64,000 nt of DNA. Origin: Lama guanicoe. Taxonomy: Eukaryota. Positions within the stretch are counted from its first letter, which is position 1. Every line of letters begins with the position of its first letter. The translations under genes were made by a program, and so were the position numbers. Below are positions 39,856-53,827 of this stretch, in pieces. The stretch is from the NCBI GenBank assembly GCA_013239625.1, contig MU053487.1, forward strand, positions 2,005,058 to 2,069,057, given 5' to 3'. The notes beneath the pieces are model-generated. The model did not search any database, was not told where the DNA came from, and saw nothing but the letters and a program-made list of their open reading frames with translations.

Positions 39856-40330
39856 TCCCCGGATGAGTTATTGTAGGACAGCCATGGGGTCTTCCTTCAA
39901 TCTCATCTCATCTTCACACTTTCTAGCTGGCTTCCTACGTGCCCCTATCTTGGGAAAACCTCTATTTGTAGTTTTCAGAGATTATGTAACAGTTGTCCCT
40001 TAGATCCGGATTTGGAATCAGGAAAGGTGAATACCTGTCCTCACGTTTCCACCTTATCTAGACAGAGGTGCTCCCTTGCTCCCTCTTTAAATCTCTCCTT
40101 CTCCTTTGAGTCAGATCCTCCTGCTGTAAGAGCTCCTCTCCAGTCCTCTTGGCTGTCACATCCTCCTCCATCCATCATTCAAGGCTTGGCCTTCCCAAGC
40201 GTTCTGCTCTTAGCCCTTCTCATTCTTCATAATCTCTCTGAGTCCTTCTGGCACATCTTACCTATTCTTTTTTATTTCATCCACCAGATGATAACTCCCA
40301 AATATGAGTCCAACACAGACATCCCCTCTT

Positions 40331-41740
40331 CTTCTTTTTTTTTCCTAAATAAATCTTTTTTTAAAACTTTTTTTAATTGAGTTATAGTCATTTTACAATG
40401 TTGTGTCAAATTCCAGTGAAGAGCACAATTTTTCAGTTATACACGAACATACATATATTCATTGTCACATTCTCTTTCGCTATGAGCCACCACAAGATCC
40501 TGTGTATATTTCCCTGTGCTACACAGTACAATCTTGTTTATCTATTCTACATTTTGAAATCCCAGTCTATCCCTTCCCAGCCCCCGTCCCCCTGGCAACC
40601 ATAAGTTTGTATTCTGTGTCTATGAGTCTGTTTCTGTTTTGTATTTATGGAGTTTTTGCTTTTTTTTTTAGATTCCACGTATAAGCGATCTCATATGGTA
40701 TTTTTCTTTCTCTTTTGGCTTACTTCACTTAGAATGACATTCTCCAGCAACATCCATGTTGCTGCAAATGGCGTTACGTTGTCAGATTTTATGGCTGAAT
40801 AGTATTCCATTGTATAAATATACCACTTCTTCTTTATCCATTCCTATGTCAATGGACGTTTAGGCTGTTTCCATGTCTTGGCTATTGTAAATAGTGCTGC
40901 TATGAACATTGGGGTGCAGGTGTCATTTTGAAGTAGGGTTCCTTCTGGATATATGCCCAGAAGCGGGATTCCTGGGTCATATGGTAAGTCTATTCCTAGT
41001 CTTTTGAGGAATCTCCACACTGTTTTCTGTAGTGGCTGCACCAAACTGCATTCCCACCAGCAGTGTAGGAGGGTTCCCCTTTCTCCACAGCCTCTCCAGC
41101 ATTTGTCATTTGTGGACTTTTGAATAATGGCCATTCTGACTGGTGTGAGGTGATACCTCACTGTACTTTTGATTTGCATTCCTCTGATAATTAATGACAT
41201 TGAGCATTTTTTCATGTGCCTATTGATCATTTGTATGTCTTCCTTAGAGAATTGCTTGTTTAGGTCTTCTGCCCATTTTTGGATTGGGTTGTTTGTTGTT
41301 TTTTTTTTTATTAAGTCGTATGAGCTGCTTATATATTCTGGAGATCAAGCCTTTGTCGACTTCATTTGCAAAAATTTTCTCCCATTCCATAGGTTGTTGT
41401 TTTGTTTTACTTATGGTTTCCTTTGCTGTGCAGAAGCTTCTAAGTTTCATTAGGTCCCATTTGTTTATTTCTATTGCTTGGGTAGACTGCCCTAGGAGAG
41501 CATTTTTGAGATGTATGTCAGATAATGTTTCGCCTATATTTTCTTCTAGGAGGTTTATTGTATCTCGTCTTATGTTTGAGTCTTTGATCCATTTTGAGTT
41601 GATTTTTGTGTATGGTGTAAGGGAGTGTTCTAGCTTCACTGATTTACATGCTGCTGTCCAGTTTTCCCAACACCATTTGCTGAAGAGACTGTCTTTATTC
41701 CATTGTATATTCTTGCCTCCTTTGTCAAAGATTAGTTGAC
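40331..41740 (-). mobile_element. Young 5'-truncated L1 inserted in an L2 fragment
   Basis: Near-intact ORF2 C-terminus ([27 protein letters not shown]...). Perfect 15-bp TSD cagacatcccctctt at 40316-40330 and 41741-41755. Confidence 0.95.
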
Positions 41741-42977
41741 CAGACATCCCCTCTTTTGAGCTCCAGACCAATATATCCAGCTGCTTTTTGGACAGCTTGT
41801 CTTGATGTCATCTGTATATCTTAAATTCAGCCTACCCTTAACCAAACCTGACCTTCTGATAAACATTTGAAAAGATAAATTCCAAAACAGAAGATTTCAT
41901 TATTGTGAGTTTCTATGGAGTGAATTTTCTCTAATTGCTATACCAGACTCTATCTCTTCTCCTCAGGTATTTAGCCTCAAAGTGATGTGATCAAAATAAA
42001 TGTCCGGTGAATATGTTGCATGAGAAAAAAACAGAGCAAAGGGGGGAAAATCCAACTTACACAATTAAAGCATGCAATTTCTGGTTCTTCCGATAAACAC
42101 AAGGGAGAACATGATGCAATCAGGAGGCCTCATGTCAAACCACAACACAGCCCACTGAAGCCTCTTGAATGTGCAGATTCTTAATCACTGTGAATGGTTT
42201 TTTTTTTCTTTTTCTATTTTTTTTTTTGCCCCAGAAGGAATAATTTCAATCTGGTTCTGATAATTTAAGAACTCTAGAATTTCATGAACTGTATTAACTT
42301 GTCTGAGATAGCAAAGTACATGGTTTTATATGTGATTTGTTTGTTTGTTCTTGTGGTTAGAATTATTTTAGCAAAGTTTTTTTCATAGACTGCCTGTAGG
42401 GTGACTTTGGCAGACAACAGGAAGTAAAAACCTGATACACCTCTATTTGTAATAAATCATGGGGTTGAGAATGGGAGACACTTTAAACTTACAAAGAGCC
42501 ACAAGCAATATGCTAAGTCATCTGGCTTCGTGGCGGGACCCTTTCTGGTGCTTAATTGGACCTTCACTTGTTAGTTTGTCCACAGCCTAGTTGGACAGCT
42601 GCACAGAGACCCTGAATCTCACTCTTAGAGCCTAGGCCCCTTGTTCCCAGGCTCTGGACAGCAACTGTGAGACAGACGGAGGCCCATGGGGAGAGCAAAA
42701 GCTTTGACTGCATCCCCAGTGGTCAAACTCATCAAACCATACAGATCCAACTTTGAGAAAGCCTGCTTCCAATGTGTAAAGTTGCTGTAACTGCAGAAGG
42801 TACTGAGTTTATTTTTTTATTTTTCCCTTATCGTTCACTTTAAGTTGGGGTCTCTAAAAAAAGAGCATGAGGCTCAGAGCATGTAATTTATTGAGGTGCG
42901 CTCTCAGGAGAAACCAACAAGGAGGAGGGGAGCCGGATGGGACTGGAGACTGGCCTGATCAAGGATGTATTCTCAGA

Positions 42978-43105
42978 GGGGAGAGTACAGCTCAGAGTGG
43001 TAGAGCACATGCTTGGCATGCACGAGGTCCTGGATTCAATCCCTAGTACCTCCTCCAAAGAAAAAAGTAAATAAATAAAAATAAACCTAATTACCTTCCC
43101 CTCCG
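42978..43105 (+). mobile_element. tRNA-Ala-derived SINE (Vic-1-like) inside an MLT1-like LTR
   Basis: agctcagagtggtagagcacatgcttggcatgcacgaggtcctggattcaatccctagtacctcc plus the tail aaataaacctaattacc. Confidence 0.88.
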
Positions 43106-44709
43106 AAGAATGTGTTCTGACGTGGTCCTGGCCTGAGTCACAGTGGGGCTTTGGGGGCACAGACAGCATCACAGAGTTATCCCTGCCCTAAGGTAACAGG
43201 GCAGGACTGCTTTACTCTGTAGCAATCAGTCTTTGGCTCCAGGGGTCAGAGGAGGGGAGGGAAGGCATTGCATCATCTCCCAGAGGAGACAGTTCGCTTT
43301 AACTGAGGGCAGCTCTGGAAAGAGAGTGATCTGAAAACCTTGGGAGATGGGTGTCAGGGCCCCAGTAGGGAGGATCTGGGCACCGACCACACCCAGTACC
43401 TCAGGTTTCTACCTGTGCTGCTTCAGCCCGAGCAGTCATTCCCCTTTCCCATGCGCTACAGTTAGGAATTCTGCTAAATTTTTTGGTCAAAAAAAGAGGG
43501 CTACACGTGAAAAAAGTTTGATAGACACAGTATGAAGCATATAAGAACTGCTGGCCATGGGAACTGACTGCTTACCCTCTGACACCCCACCGCATCACAC
43601 AGTAGCAGGAAGATACAGGAGGGAGCTTGGTGGGGAGAGGAGGGCAGGCGCTGATAGCATCTTCTGCCCCCAACCCCCAAAAAACAACATTTTGAGGAGA
43701 GAGATGGCATTTGGTGAGATTTCCCTTGGCCAACTGAAAGTGTAGACGTGGCTGCAGGATGAGTGGCCCGGCCGCCTTGTTCCTCCAAGACAACCTTAAT
43801 AATCTTCTCCTCTAATATGGCCATCCTGTAACCAGGGGATAAGGATCCCTGAGGAAACTGCTGCTGTGGGGTCTGGGAAGGATTTTAGTTAAGTTGATTT
43901 GCGTACCTTCACGGGCATTTAGAAAAGTTCTGACTTTGAGGTCATGGACAAACCAAACCCCAGACTTGGAATCAGGAATCAGTGCCTGGATCGATCGTGC
44001 CTCTAGATTTAGTGGGGTTTGATCAGCTACGGACAGTTCTGTGCCTTACACAGCCCCACACCACACGGGGGCATCCACGCTCAAATGCTTTGAGAAATAT
44101 TGGGGGAAACGGATAAGGGAAAAGAGAGGGTAAACATGCTCAGAAAGGGGGTGGGGAAAATGCTCAGGTCCTGGGGGTGAAAGCAACAAGTATTACTGAG
44201 TGCCCTTTGGAAACCTCTCCTGTTCCAGACTCAGCACCAAACACTTTACTTTCATTGTTTCCTCCCTTGCAAGGTAGATGGTTTCCCAGCCTCACAGATA
44301 AGTAGGTGGTAAGTGTCAAGTTTAGGACATCCAAAACCTGGGCTACCATATTCCAGGTTCAAATAAATGATTGATTGATACATACATACATACATATATA
44401 CATACATACATAGTAACACCTGCTGTCTACTTGCCAAGTTAATCCTTTGCCCATGTGTTACATAACTATTGGAGAGTATTAATGGAGCATTTTGAATCCT
44501 AGTGCATAGCAAATATTATGGGGAAGGAACATTTGAGATCATCACATGTGATTTTAGGGTTGAGGAAGTGAGCCCCCAGGAGGTTCAGTTCTCCTCCTCG
44601 TCGCACAAGAAGCACTAGAAGCCAAAGCCATGGGACAGACCATTTCGGCCGTCCAGCCATTGATGTTTGGCTGGGAAGCTTTATGAGAACCTTCAAAGGA
44701 TGCCATAGA

Positions 44710-44899
44710 GCAGTTGGTCGCAAACTTGAGTGGGCATCATGTCAGAATTACCTCGAGGGCCTGTTCAAACACAGATGATGAGGTCCTGTGCTGAGTTTCT
44801 GATCTGGTGGGTCTGGGGCGAGGCCTGAGAGTCTGCATTTCTGACAAGGTTCGGGGGATGTCCACACTTGGTACAGAGACCACACTCTGAGAACCACTG
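44710..44899. mobile_element. MER5A-like hAT-Charlie DNA transposon
   Basis: cagttggtcgcaaactt...ggtctggggcgaggcctgagagtctgcatttctgacaag...cacactctgagaaccactg. Confidence 0.75.
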
Positions 44900-45134
44900 C
44901 CACCGAGCTAGCTACTCTGCATCCTTTTCGTTGACTACCCTGGCTGTAATTCCAGACAGGCCCCCTCCTGACTCAGGACGGTCTGCGTGCACGTATGGGC
45001 TCTAACCAGAGCCTCTATCCCCCAACGAATGGCCAGAGTGAACTCAGCCGGAATGTTTCCAAGTCAAAGGCAGGCAAGACAGGCAGCAAAGGAGTGATCA
45101 AATTGAAGGCATTTTCTGTATATAAGGATGCGTG

Positions 45135-45612
45135 ACCCAGGAATCCCACTCCTGGGCTTGTATCCAGAAGGAAATCTACTTCAGGATGACACCTGCACCC
45201 CAATGTTCATAGCAGCACTATTTACAATAGCCAAAACATGGAAACAGCCCATATGTCCATCAACAGGTGACTGGATAAAGAAGATGTGGTATATTTATAC
45301 AATGGAATACTACTCAGCCATAAAAACCAACAACATAATGCCATTTGCAGCAACATGGATGCTCCTGGAGAATGTCATTCTAAGTGAAGTAAGCCAGAAA
45401 GAGAAAGAAAAATACCATATGAGATCGCTCATATGTGGAATCTAAAAAANNNNNNNNNNNNNNNNNNNNNNNNNNNNNNNNNNNNNNNNNNNNNNNNNNN
45501 NNNNNNNNNNNNNNNNNNNNNNNNNNNNNNNNNNNNNNNNNNNNNNNNNNNNNNNNNNNNNNNNNNNNNNNNNNNNNNNNNNNNNNNNNNNNNNNNNNNN
45601 NNNNNNNNNAAA

Positions 45613-45651
<39 letters not shown>

Positions 45652-45681
45652 AATGACCTTAGATTTCTGATTAAAAAAAAA
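45135..45681 (+). mobile_element. Young 5'-truncated L1 with (TAAA)n tail and second A tail
   Basis: [12 protein letters not shown]...MPFAATWMLLENVILSEVSQKEK. 11-bp TSD aaggatgcgtg at 45124-45134 and 45682-45692. Confidence 0.92.
45450..45609. other. Assembly gap (160 N)
   Basis: Run of N inside an L1. Confidence 1.
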
Positions 45682-47154
45682 AAGGATGCGTGTACTACAG
45701 ATGTAGATTTACTAGTGTGTTGTCAGTGCACAGGTGTAAAGATGTGTTCAGTGGGTTATGTGTGTCTGCATTACATGCTTCTAGGAATGTAAGTAATAAT
45801 AGCTAATATTTATTGGGTTGATTCTGTGTCCCCGACTCTGTGCTGAGGGCTTTATGGGGATTATCTCTTTGAATGATTTCTGCAGCCTATTTTCCATTCA
45901 CAGAGAGGTTAACAGAGCAACTGGGAATCAAAACCAGGATTCAGACCCAGGCAGCTCAACCATTTCCAGCAGTCAGCTCCCTGGGGCCCTTTGCCACTGA
46001 TTACATTACCATGCTACATAACAGCCATGCTTATCTGTGTGTTTGTGTATTTTTATTTGTTTTGGAGACAGTCCCGAAGGGGAGCAGTCCTCTCTGTTAT
46101 CTACATTAAAATTGCATCAGTGAGTTCATTTCTCACAAACACACACGTCTTCTTGGTAACACATATTGATGGGTCCGGCAGCAAATTGAGCTTGAAAACC
46201 CAAAGGCATGGGTGCTTATTCATGGTTCCTGATTGATCTCTGTCTTTGTGTTCAGACATAGCCCATATGGCTGACTCTGGTGCCCTCCATCTGGCCTCTG
46301 GCTAGTTAAAATCATTGTGATGTTTGGGACTGGACGTTTAGTGGATTTGAACTCTCTTTATACCACATCTTTACATGGATCTCTAGTAGTCGGTCAGAAT
46401 GCACCCGTCAAGAACGACTGCCCGGCGTCGTTCCCTCCCCACGTCGGACAGGCTCCTTCCCGCTGTCCGTCATCTCAATGAACGGCCATTTCTCTGTTTC
46501 TACAATGGCAACTGCTCAGGACAGAATCCTTGGACCGACCTTTGGCTTTTTTTTTTTCCTCACGTGCCACATCCCACTCACTAAGAACCCCTGTCAGCCC
46601 TACTTCAGAATATGCCCAGAACACACTACTTCTCACCACGTTCACTACCATAGCCCTCACTCAAGCCATCATCCATCTGTGAAGATGCTGGTCCTTTCTC
46701 CACACATAAATCCAAAGTCCTCCCCGAGGCCTCTGAGGTCCTACAGGATCAGCCTCTGTGTGTGTAACCTTATCTTTATCCTTTGCCTCCTCCTCTCCCT
46801 CTCTCTGGTGGTCCTCAACACACAGAACACATTCCCAGCTCAGGTTGGGAGGACGGCCAGGATCAAAGGGTGCTGGGGGAGGATGCTCCAAAGTGGCCCT
46901 GAAAGAAGTATCTGCAACGGGCAGGCAGTATTTGGCCAAGGAAGTTGCACCCTCCTCCTAGGCACTGAGACTGTGGCAGCTAAGCCCAGGAAGGAGTGAT
47001 TATACCTCCTTTGAAATTCTTCATTTTGTGTATTTAGTGGAGACATTTTCTGTTTCTCTTGATGAGACTAAGTGAGACTTTTTTTCTATCGTAATGTTTT
47101 TAATAAAAGTTCTTGAACTCATCTATTTTATGATTTTCTTTAACTTCTGCTTTT

Positions 47155-47571
47155 ATCTGAGAAGATGGTAGACTAGTGTCCCAAAGAACCATCTTACCCA
47201 GGTTTGCATGTTTGATTCTTTTATGGAGGGAAAGGGGGAGGAGGGGGAAGAGGTAAAGTAAAAAAGGTGGTAAGTTGTTGCAGATATTTCCTGGCTCCAG
47301 CTAGACTCTGGAGGGGATGTGTTAATTTCTTTCTTCCTGCAGCCATTCCTAGGTGGACCTGGTCAGGATGCTTCCTGTGAACTAAACAAAGGTATTTTAG
47401 CTTAATGCTCAGGCATGGGAGGCAGGGTTCTCAGAGATGAGCCATTATGTGCACTTTAAGCTCTAGGCAACATCCTTTTAGTGATTAACTTGTAGCAAAA
47501 GCATAGAATACAAAGCTTAAAGTAAAAGAAACAGGTCCAGTAAGGAGTCAGATTTGTTCTTCTCTATGACA
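47155..47571 (-). mobile_element. Partial solo ERV1 LTR related to 27005-27514
   Basis: Shares agaaccatcttaccca and ggagtcagatttgttctt with the other LTR, and ends ...tatgaca. Confidence 0.75.
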
Positions 47572-50539
47572 GTACCATTGCTGTCCCCTTGTCACTTCTC
47601 CACGTAAAATGAGGAAATTAACACAACTGGCTTACTTCCCCACCCCCATCCCTTCATGGCTTGTGTTTTGTTACTATAACTCGCGGTATTTTTATTACTA
47701 TTAAAACTAAATTACGTGTCATCTGTTGTAAATTATGTGTCATGTGTTTCATTAAGTATTTATAACAGGTGAATTATCTTCGTGAACTGTTTATACCAGT
47801 CATTTGAAGTTAACCATGTTTAAATTATTTCAAGCACAAATCCTTTTATGCCTCGTGTTTTCCATATTTTCCAATGCTTCTGTTTTCTCTGCTCCTGTAC
47901 TTGGTCTGGGTTGAGAATACTTGGGTCATAACTCCGTCTTACGCTGTTTCTTACTGTAGAAGAGAAACCTGAAGTGAGTGTAAGGTTTCTTTCTTCCTGG
48001 ATGACCTGTTTTCCTGCCTGTGAATTTGGATGTTCTTTTATTTTGACACCTGGCCGTTCTGACAGGACACTTGAGTCTGCTGGCAGGACAAACAAATGTC
48101 TCTTGTCACTGGGCTGACCCGACACAGAGCGGTTCCCTCGTGGTCAGGTTTTGGCCTTCTTCCCTCATTTAGTGCAAGAACTCTTATCTTTGACTAATGC
48201 TTCTGCTCCAGTCACTCTGAAGTCTTCAGGATCCAGTTATTTCTTTATATCCTCTTCTCATATTATCTTCTCTAAGGATTTTCAACTTACTCTTTCTTTA
48301 CAGTAAGTTTTGTACTTTGTGAGAGATTTTCAAACTACTCCCACATCACAGGGTCCCCTCACTGCAGGGCTGGTCTTTTTTGCTTTTACCTTTCCCATTT
48401 TAAATTTTACTCCGGTATTACTCATTGCTACAAAATCCTTCCATAACCCTCCCTAACAGATCTCTTCCTTTCTAACTGAGTTTGGTCAGCTCAGCTTTCA
48501 TATCTTATTTAGCAGAGATTATATTTTTCCAAATGTATTGAAAGCACAAAGTAGAGCATATAAAAAAATTTACTTTTTATTCCAGTAGTAGACATTTTCA
48601 TAACTATGTGCTTCCTTTACTACCTGAGTGAGATCATATTTACTCATTTTATGTTTTAGGGGTTTTCACAGGCACCATGTTACTAGTTTGTGTTTTATGT
48701 TCTTTCATTTCGAAATGAAAAGAGTTTGTCAAGACATCCGGGATGTCTGCCTACAAGCAGTGAGAAAAGTCGCCTGTGATGCCTCTAGTATCCTGCTGGA
48801 TGTTGGTAGGGCCCTTGAATTACATCTTGAGCTAGAAGGGAGGTCAGTGTAAGGACAGAGCATTAGTTGACTGACACGAGAACCTCGGGGACCACGTAGA
48901 ATGAACAGACGGTGAGTCTGCCATAAACGCTGCCCATTATCAGTCACAGCAGCGTTGTTGATCGATTTGATTCCATAAAATGTTAAATTCATCCTCCATA
49001 AACATGTTGAGTGAGTAAAGTCAAAGATGAATGACAAACTGAGAAAAACTCTTGCCACACAAATGGCAAAGTTTTTATAAATCCGTATGACATTTACACA
49101 ACAATAAAAAGATCTATAGCCTACTAGAAGAAAGGATTAAATCTTGAGCAGTGGGTCTCTCCTCACATGAGCCACATAAATTAGTGGATAAACATGTAAA
49201 AAAGAAGTGTATCCCTACTGATAATCAAGAAATTGAAAGTTTTAAAGTTTGTAACCATTTTTTTCCCAACTGGCAAATATTTTGAAAATTAATAATGACA
49301 ATCATGGACCAAGGTGTGGAGAAAAACACACTCTCCTATACCGATCAATGGACTGTGAATCTAAAAATACATAGATGGCCAAGCAGATGTACTTCCAGCA
49401 GGATATCTCTTAGCTGTCTTTGCACGTGTTTACAAAGATGTATGTACGCAGTGTTCATTCCAGCATCGTTTGTACTAGAAGACATACTGGTGAGAGTAAG
49501 GATAGGCTGTTCTAACAAAAAAACCCCAACAAATGTTTTAATGTAAGTATAGACACTGATTGTTCTTTCACGTGAGTTTCAGGGCTAGGTTAGCAGTGCA
49601 GCTTCTCTGTTTGTAGACTTGCGAGGATTCATCTCCCTGCAGGATGGCGCTGTGCCATCCTCGAGAGCACTGGCACAGCCTCTGCTGCTGAAGCAGGACC
49701 CACACCACGTCCGTCTGTCCTGCTGCGGATGTGCAAGGGGCTGAGGGGTTGGCGCAGGCACGCGCGCAGCCCTTGCGTCTCGTTTCACAAGTGAGACATA
49801 TCATTATTGTATTATGTTCAGTGAGCAAGAACAAAGTCCCCTTTCTTCATTTATTTGCCAAGAGTTTTGGGAAATGTCATGAAGCCGTACACCCAGGAAG
49901 AAAATGAAAGTGGATTCTGGTAAACAAAAGCAGGTCTCTGCATTAGGAAAATAGTAGAAACAGTCAACTGTCCATTGAAAGAAGTAACTAATGAATCTAG
50001 TACCTCCATTAGACTGCGACTAAAGAATGAGCTAAATTTCCCATGCTTTCTTATTTCTTTTTTCAGTCACAGGATGGAGTGTAGTGCTATGAAATGAGTA
50101 TCACGGATCTGTCCATGTATCTCCCCGAGTGAGATGGAAACTTCAGGACAAGGGGCGTGTCATTGCCTCTCCTTGTCCCTAGTGAAATAGATGACAGCAA
50201 GCCGTCAATAAATACTTGCTGAAGTGAAAAGGTCCTCCCACCCGCTTAATGTAAAAGGCATTTATTAAGTGACTGCATGAATCCTCCTAAGTAGCTTCCC
50301 CACTGCTCAGGTTTTCCCAGTGTCTCTACTTTGTCCTATATCCAGTTTCTGTCTCTTCACCTCTGGCCGTAGTTTAAAGGACATTGTCCTTAGAGTCCAA
50401 CCATATCAACCAGGGAACAGTCAGACAAGTTTTAATGAATAAGGGAGTGCATCAGTATAAACTCCTGGCCTTTAACAGTGATACAGAAAGGTTGATATAA
50501 AAATACAGATATGCGCATATGGGCGTATGAGTCCTCATT

Positions 50540-51712
50540 AATATATTTCCCAGTTCTGTCCACTGAGACAGCTCAAGTCAGACACCCCAGTAGCAGTGAG
50601 TACATCTAGTGCCCAGATAGCAGTCGTAAGTACCATTCCCCCCATAAAACTAACCAGGGCTCCTTGGAGAAATGCTGGTTGCAAGACTACAACAGGGGAA
50701 ATACAAGATAAGGCTGGAGAGCCTTGTAGTTGTAGAAAGTAAGGAAATGTTCAAAGATAAAAGGGGTGAGTTGCAAACGACACAGATTCAAACCTAAAGG
50801 AGCTTCCAGTGACCAAACCTGGGACAATTTGAGCAACAAAGTAAATCATGGTAGTACTAACTTGTACCTCATGGATTAAAGTAAATATCCACTAATCCAT
50901 ACTCATAGAAATAAATAATTGATGGAATAAATAAACAGTAAGGAAGAGGAAAATTCTGTAGTACAAGGCTAATTAATTAATATGGAAGGGTAACGGAAAT
51001 AGAGTGTCACCATTAGGGAAACGCCTGCTAATAAGCTTTGCAGGCCAGAATCATCGACAGATGTCGAAATTAGAGGACAGATACGTGATGAGAGACAAGA
51101 TATTGCATCATCTCAAAGTAGTTCCCCCGTGTGAAACTTGTTCATTATGAGGAGAAAAACAGTAACTTTACCTTGGAGCAGCCTGGCAAATACCACCTTA
51201 AGCCAGTAGCCAAAGTGAGCACCACAAGTAACGGGACATATTGGCATCAGGTACCTCCTAATATGCTCCACTGAGAAGAATGCATCACTTCTGTCCTGTT
51301 CTTAACAAAAATACATAACCTCAGTCTAATAGTGAGAAAACATCAGCCAAACCCAAACTGAAGGACATTCTACAAAACAGTGGTCAGTATTCTTTAAAAT
51401 GGTTGACATTATGAAAGACAGAGACTGAGGACCTGATACACAGATTGAAGAGACTAAGGAAACATAGCTAAGTGCAATGTGGAATCCTGGATTGGATCCT
51501 GGGCCAGGAAGAAGACATTATGAGACCACTGGCAAAATCGAACAAGGTCTGCAGATGAGCTGACAGCTTTAGTGGTAGCTTCCTGGTTACAGTCAATTTA
51601 CTATACTTATGTCACATTAGGGAAAAGTGGGTGAAAGGTATATGGGGACTCCACTATTTTGCAATTTTCTGTATGACTAAAATTATTTTTAAACAAAAAG
51701 TTGAAAAAAAGA
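50540..51712 (+). mobile_element. Old L1MC/MD-type 3'UTR
   Basis: gacaccccagtagcagtgag..., aaacatcagccaaacccaaactgaaggacattctacaaaa, terminal A-rich end. Confidence 0.65.
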
Positions 51713-52335
51713 AATAGGTTATGTAATTTATCACTGGGTTGCTTTTTCATAGAGAAGTAATCCTAAGCCCTGCTGAACTGAAAATTTCAGAATAATTTTC
51801 TAAAACCTAAGAACTAATCAGTTAAAATTGTTTAAAATCAGTAGTTCTTCCCCCCTCCGCCTGATTTGGTGTAATCTAACTCTGGGATTTTTTTTCTCAA
51901 TCACCTGAGAGAAGCAAATCTGTTGTTCATTTGACAAAAGAAATGGAACTTACCCCTTATCTTTAGCTAGATGGTTAAAACCAGAGAAAGCATCAAATGA
52001 GGCTTTAAACAGAGTTGAGAGTCTAGTTGCTGCTCTGATTCTCCAAGCTGCCTTTAAAGCTGCAAGGTGTTAAACTGAAAACTGTTTGCTACGTTCCTAT
52101 AAATCTAATGTGCAGCTTTAGAGGTGTTCTGTGGTGCTTTGAAAATGCAAAGTCAAGGATCAGGCCCAGGGCATGAAATACACAAAGGATTCAGCATATA
52201 AATTGACTTACTCCATTAGCCACTTTTTTAAAGGCCTAAGTAAGCTTTTCTTGAGTTAATATAATACAAAATAGCTGAACCAGGGTATTGAAAATGTCTC
52301 CAGAGGCGGACTCAGGAGCTTAGGTTCAAGTTCCG

Positions 52336-53827
52336 TTTTTCTTTCTTTTTTTTTTAATAAGCTCCGTTTTTCTTAATTGAGGTACAGTTGATTTACAATA
52401 ATATATTAGTTTCAGGTGTACAACATAGTGATTCAGTATTTTTATAGATTATACTCCATAAAGTTATTATAAAATTCTGGCTATCTACCCTGTGCTGTAT
52501 GTTACAACTTATTTATTTTATACCTAGTAGTTTGAACCTCTTAATCCCCTTCACTTATTTTACCCTACCCCCATCCCTGTGGTAACCACTAGTTTGTTCT
52601 CTATGAGTCTGTTTCTGTTTTGTTACATATACTAATTTATTTTTATTTTTTATACTTCACATATATATAAGTGAAAACATGCAGAATTTCTCTTTCTCTG
52701 TCTGACTTATTTCACTAGGCATAATATCCTCCAGGTCCACCATGTTGTCCAAAATGGCAAGATTTCATTCTTTTTGATTGCCAAGTAATATTTCATTTCA
52801 TTTATGTATGTGTGTGTGTATATGTATATCTTTATCTATTCGTCTGTTGACAGACACTTGGTTTGCTTCCAGTCTTAGCTATTGTAAACAGTGCTGCTGT
52901 GAACATTGGGGTGCACGTGTCTGTTGTAAGTAGTATTCTCATTTTCTGTAGCTGTACCCCCAGGCATGGAATTGCTGGGTCATATGGTAATTCCTGTGGC
53001 TTTGGTGGGAAATCTGAAGTGCGTGTAGGCTGCACCTTCTCCCAGGGTGTACTGGCAGCTGCCGCCTTGGAGGGAGGTGGGGCTGGAGTTGGAGGGACGA
53101 GAGCTGGAGCCAAGTGTGACACGGCTCTCCTCCTAGGCTCAGTGGCAGTTGCCGCTCTCCTAAGAGGCAGGACCAGGACCTAAGATGCTGGAACAGGAGT
53201 CTTGAGGACGTTGGGCCTCCCCCTGGAGGAGTGGCAGTCTCCACCTTGGTTGGGGGCATGGCCGCGGCCCAAGGGGCTGGAGCAGCACTCCTGGGCTGGC
53301 TCCGTTTTCCCCTGGTGCATGCGATGGTGGTCTCCACCCAGGCAGGGGCCAGTGCAGGCTAAGAAGGGTCATGCTGCTGCGGTCCTGGCAGGTCCTGGGA
53401 GCAAGCAAGCCTGTGAGCACACACTTTAAGAGCAGAGTCTCAGTTTCTTACAGCCCTCTGATGAGCCCCTGTGGTTATTATTATCAGACCAGCAAAGGGG
53501 TTTTATCGTCCTGGTGCCAGACCCCAGGCCTGGAGTGCCTAATATGAGGCCTGAATCTGTGGTTCCTTAGGGAAGAGCCCCAAGCCTGCAGTATCCCCCT
53601 CTTCTGAGTCACCCACTAGGGCTGGGGGTCCCAGCTAGCTTGCTCCACCCCTTTCACCAAACTCCCTGTGGTTCTTACTTTACAGCTTTGCTGGTAGGAG
53701 AGCTGTCCTGCTAGTTCTCTGGCTGTGCTCAGTGAGAGATGCTCTGCATGTAGTTGCAGTTTTGATGTGCTGTTTGGGGGAGGAGAGCGCAGGGTCTTCC
53801 TGCTTTTCCATCTCGATCCACTTCCCC
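52336..53827 (-). mobile_element. Internally deleted L1 (5'UTR joined to ORF2 end / 3'UTR)
   Basis: L1 5' start (ggatcgagatgg...aggaagacc...cacatcaaaactgcaactacatg) at 53827, junction at ~52993, 3' end and poly-T at 52336. TSD core ggttcaagttc at 52323-52333 and 53830-53840. Confidence 0.8.

Noticed and set aside
47155..47571. Partner LTR of the 27005-27514 provirus
   Set aside because: It lies on the wrong side (upstream of the 5' LTR on the minus strand), has a divergent interior, and STAC exon 1 lies between them.
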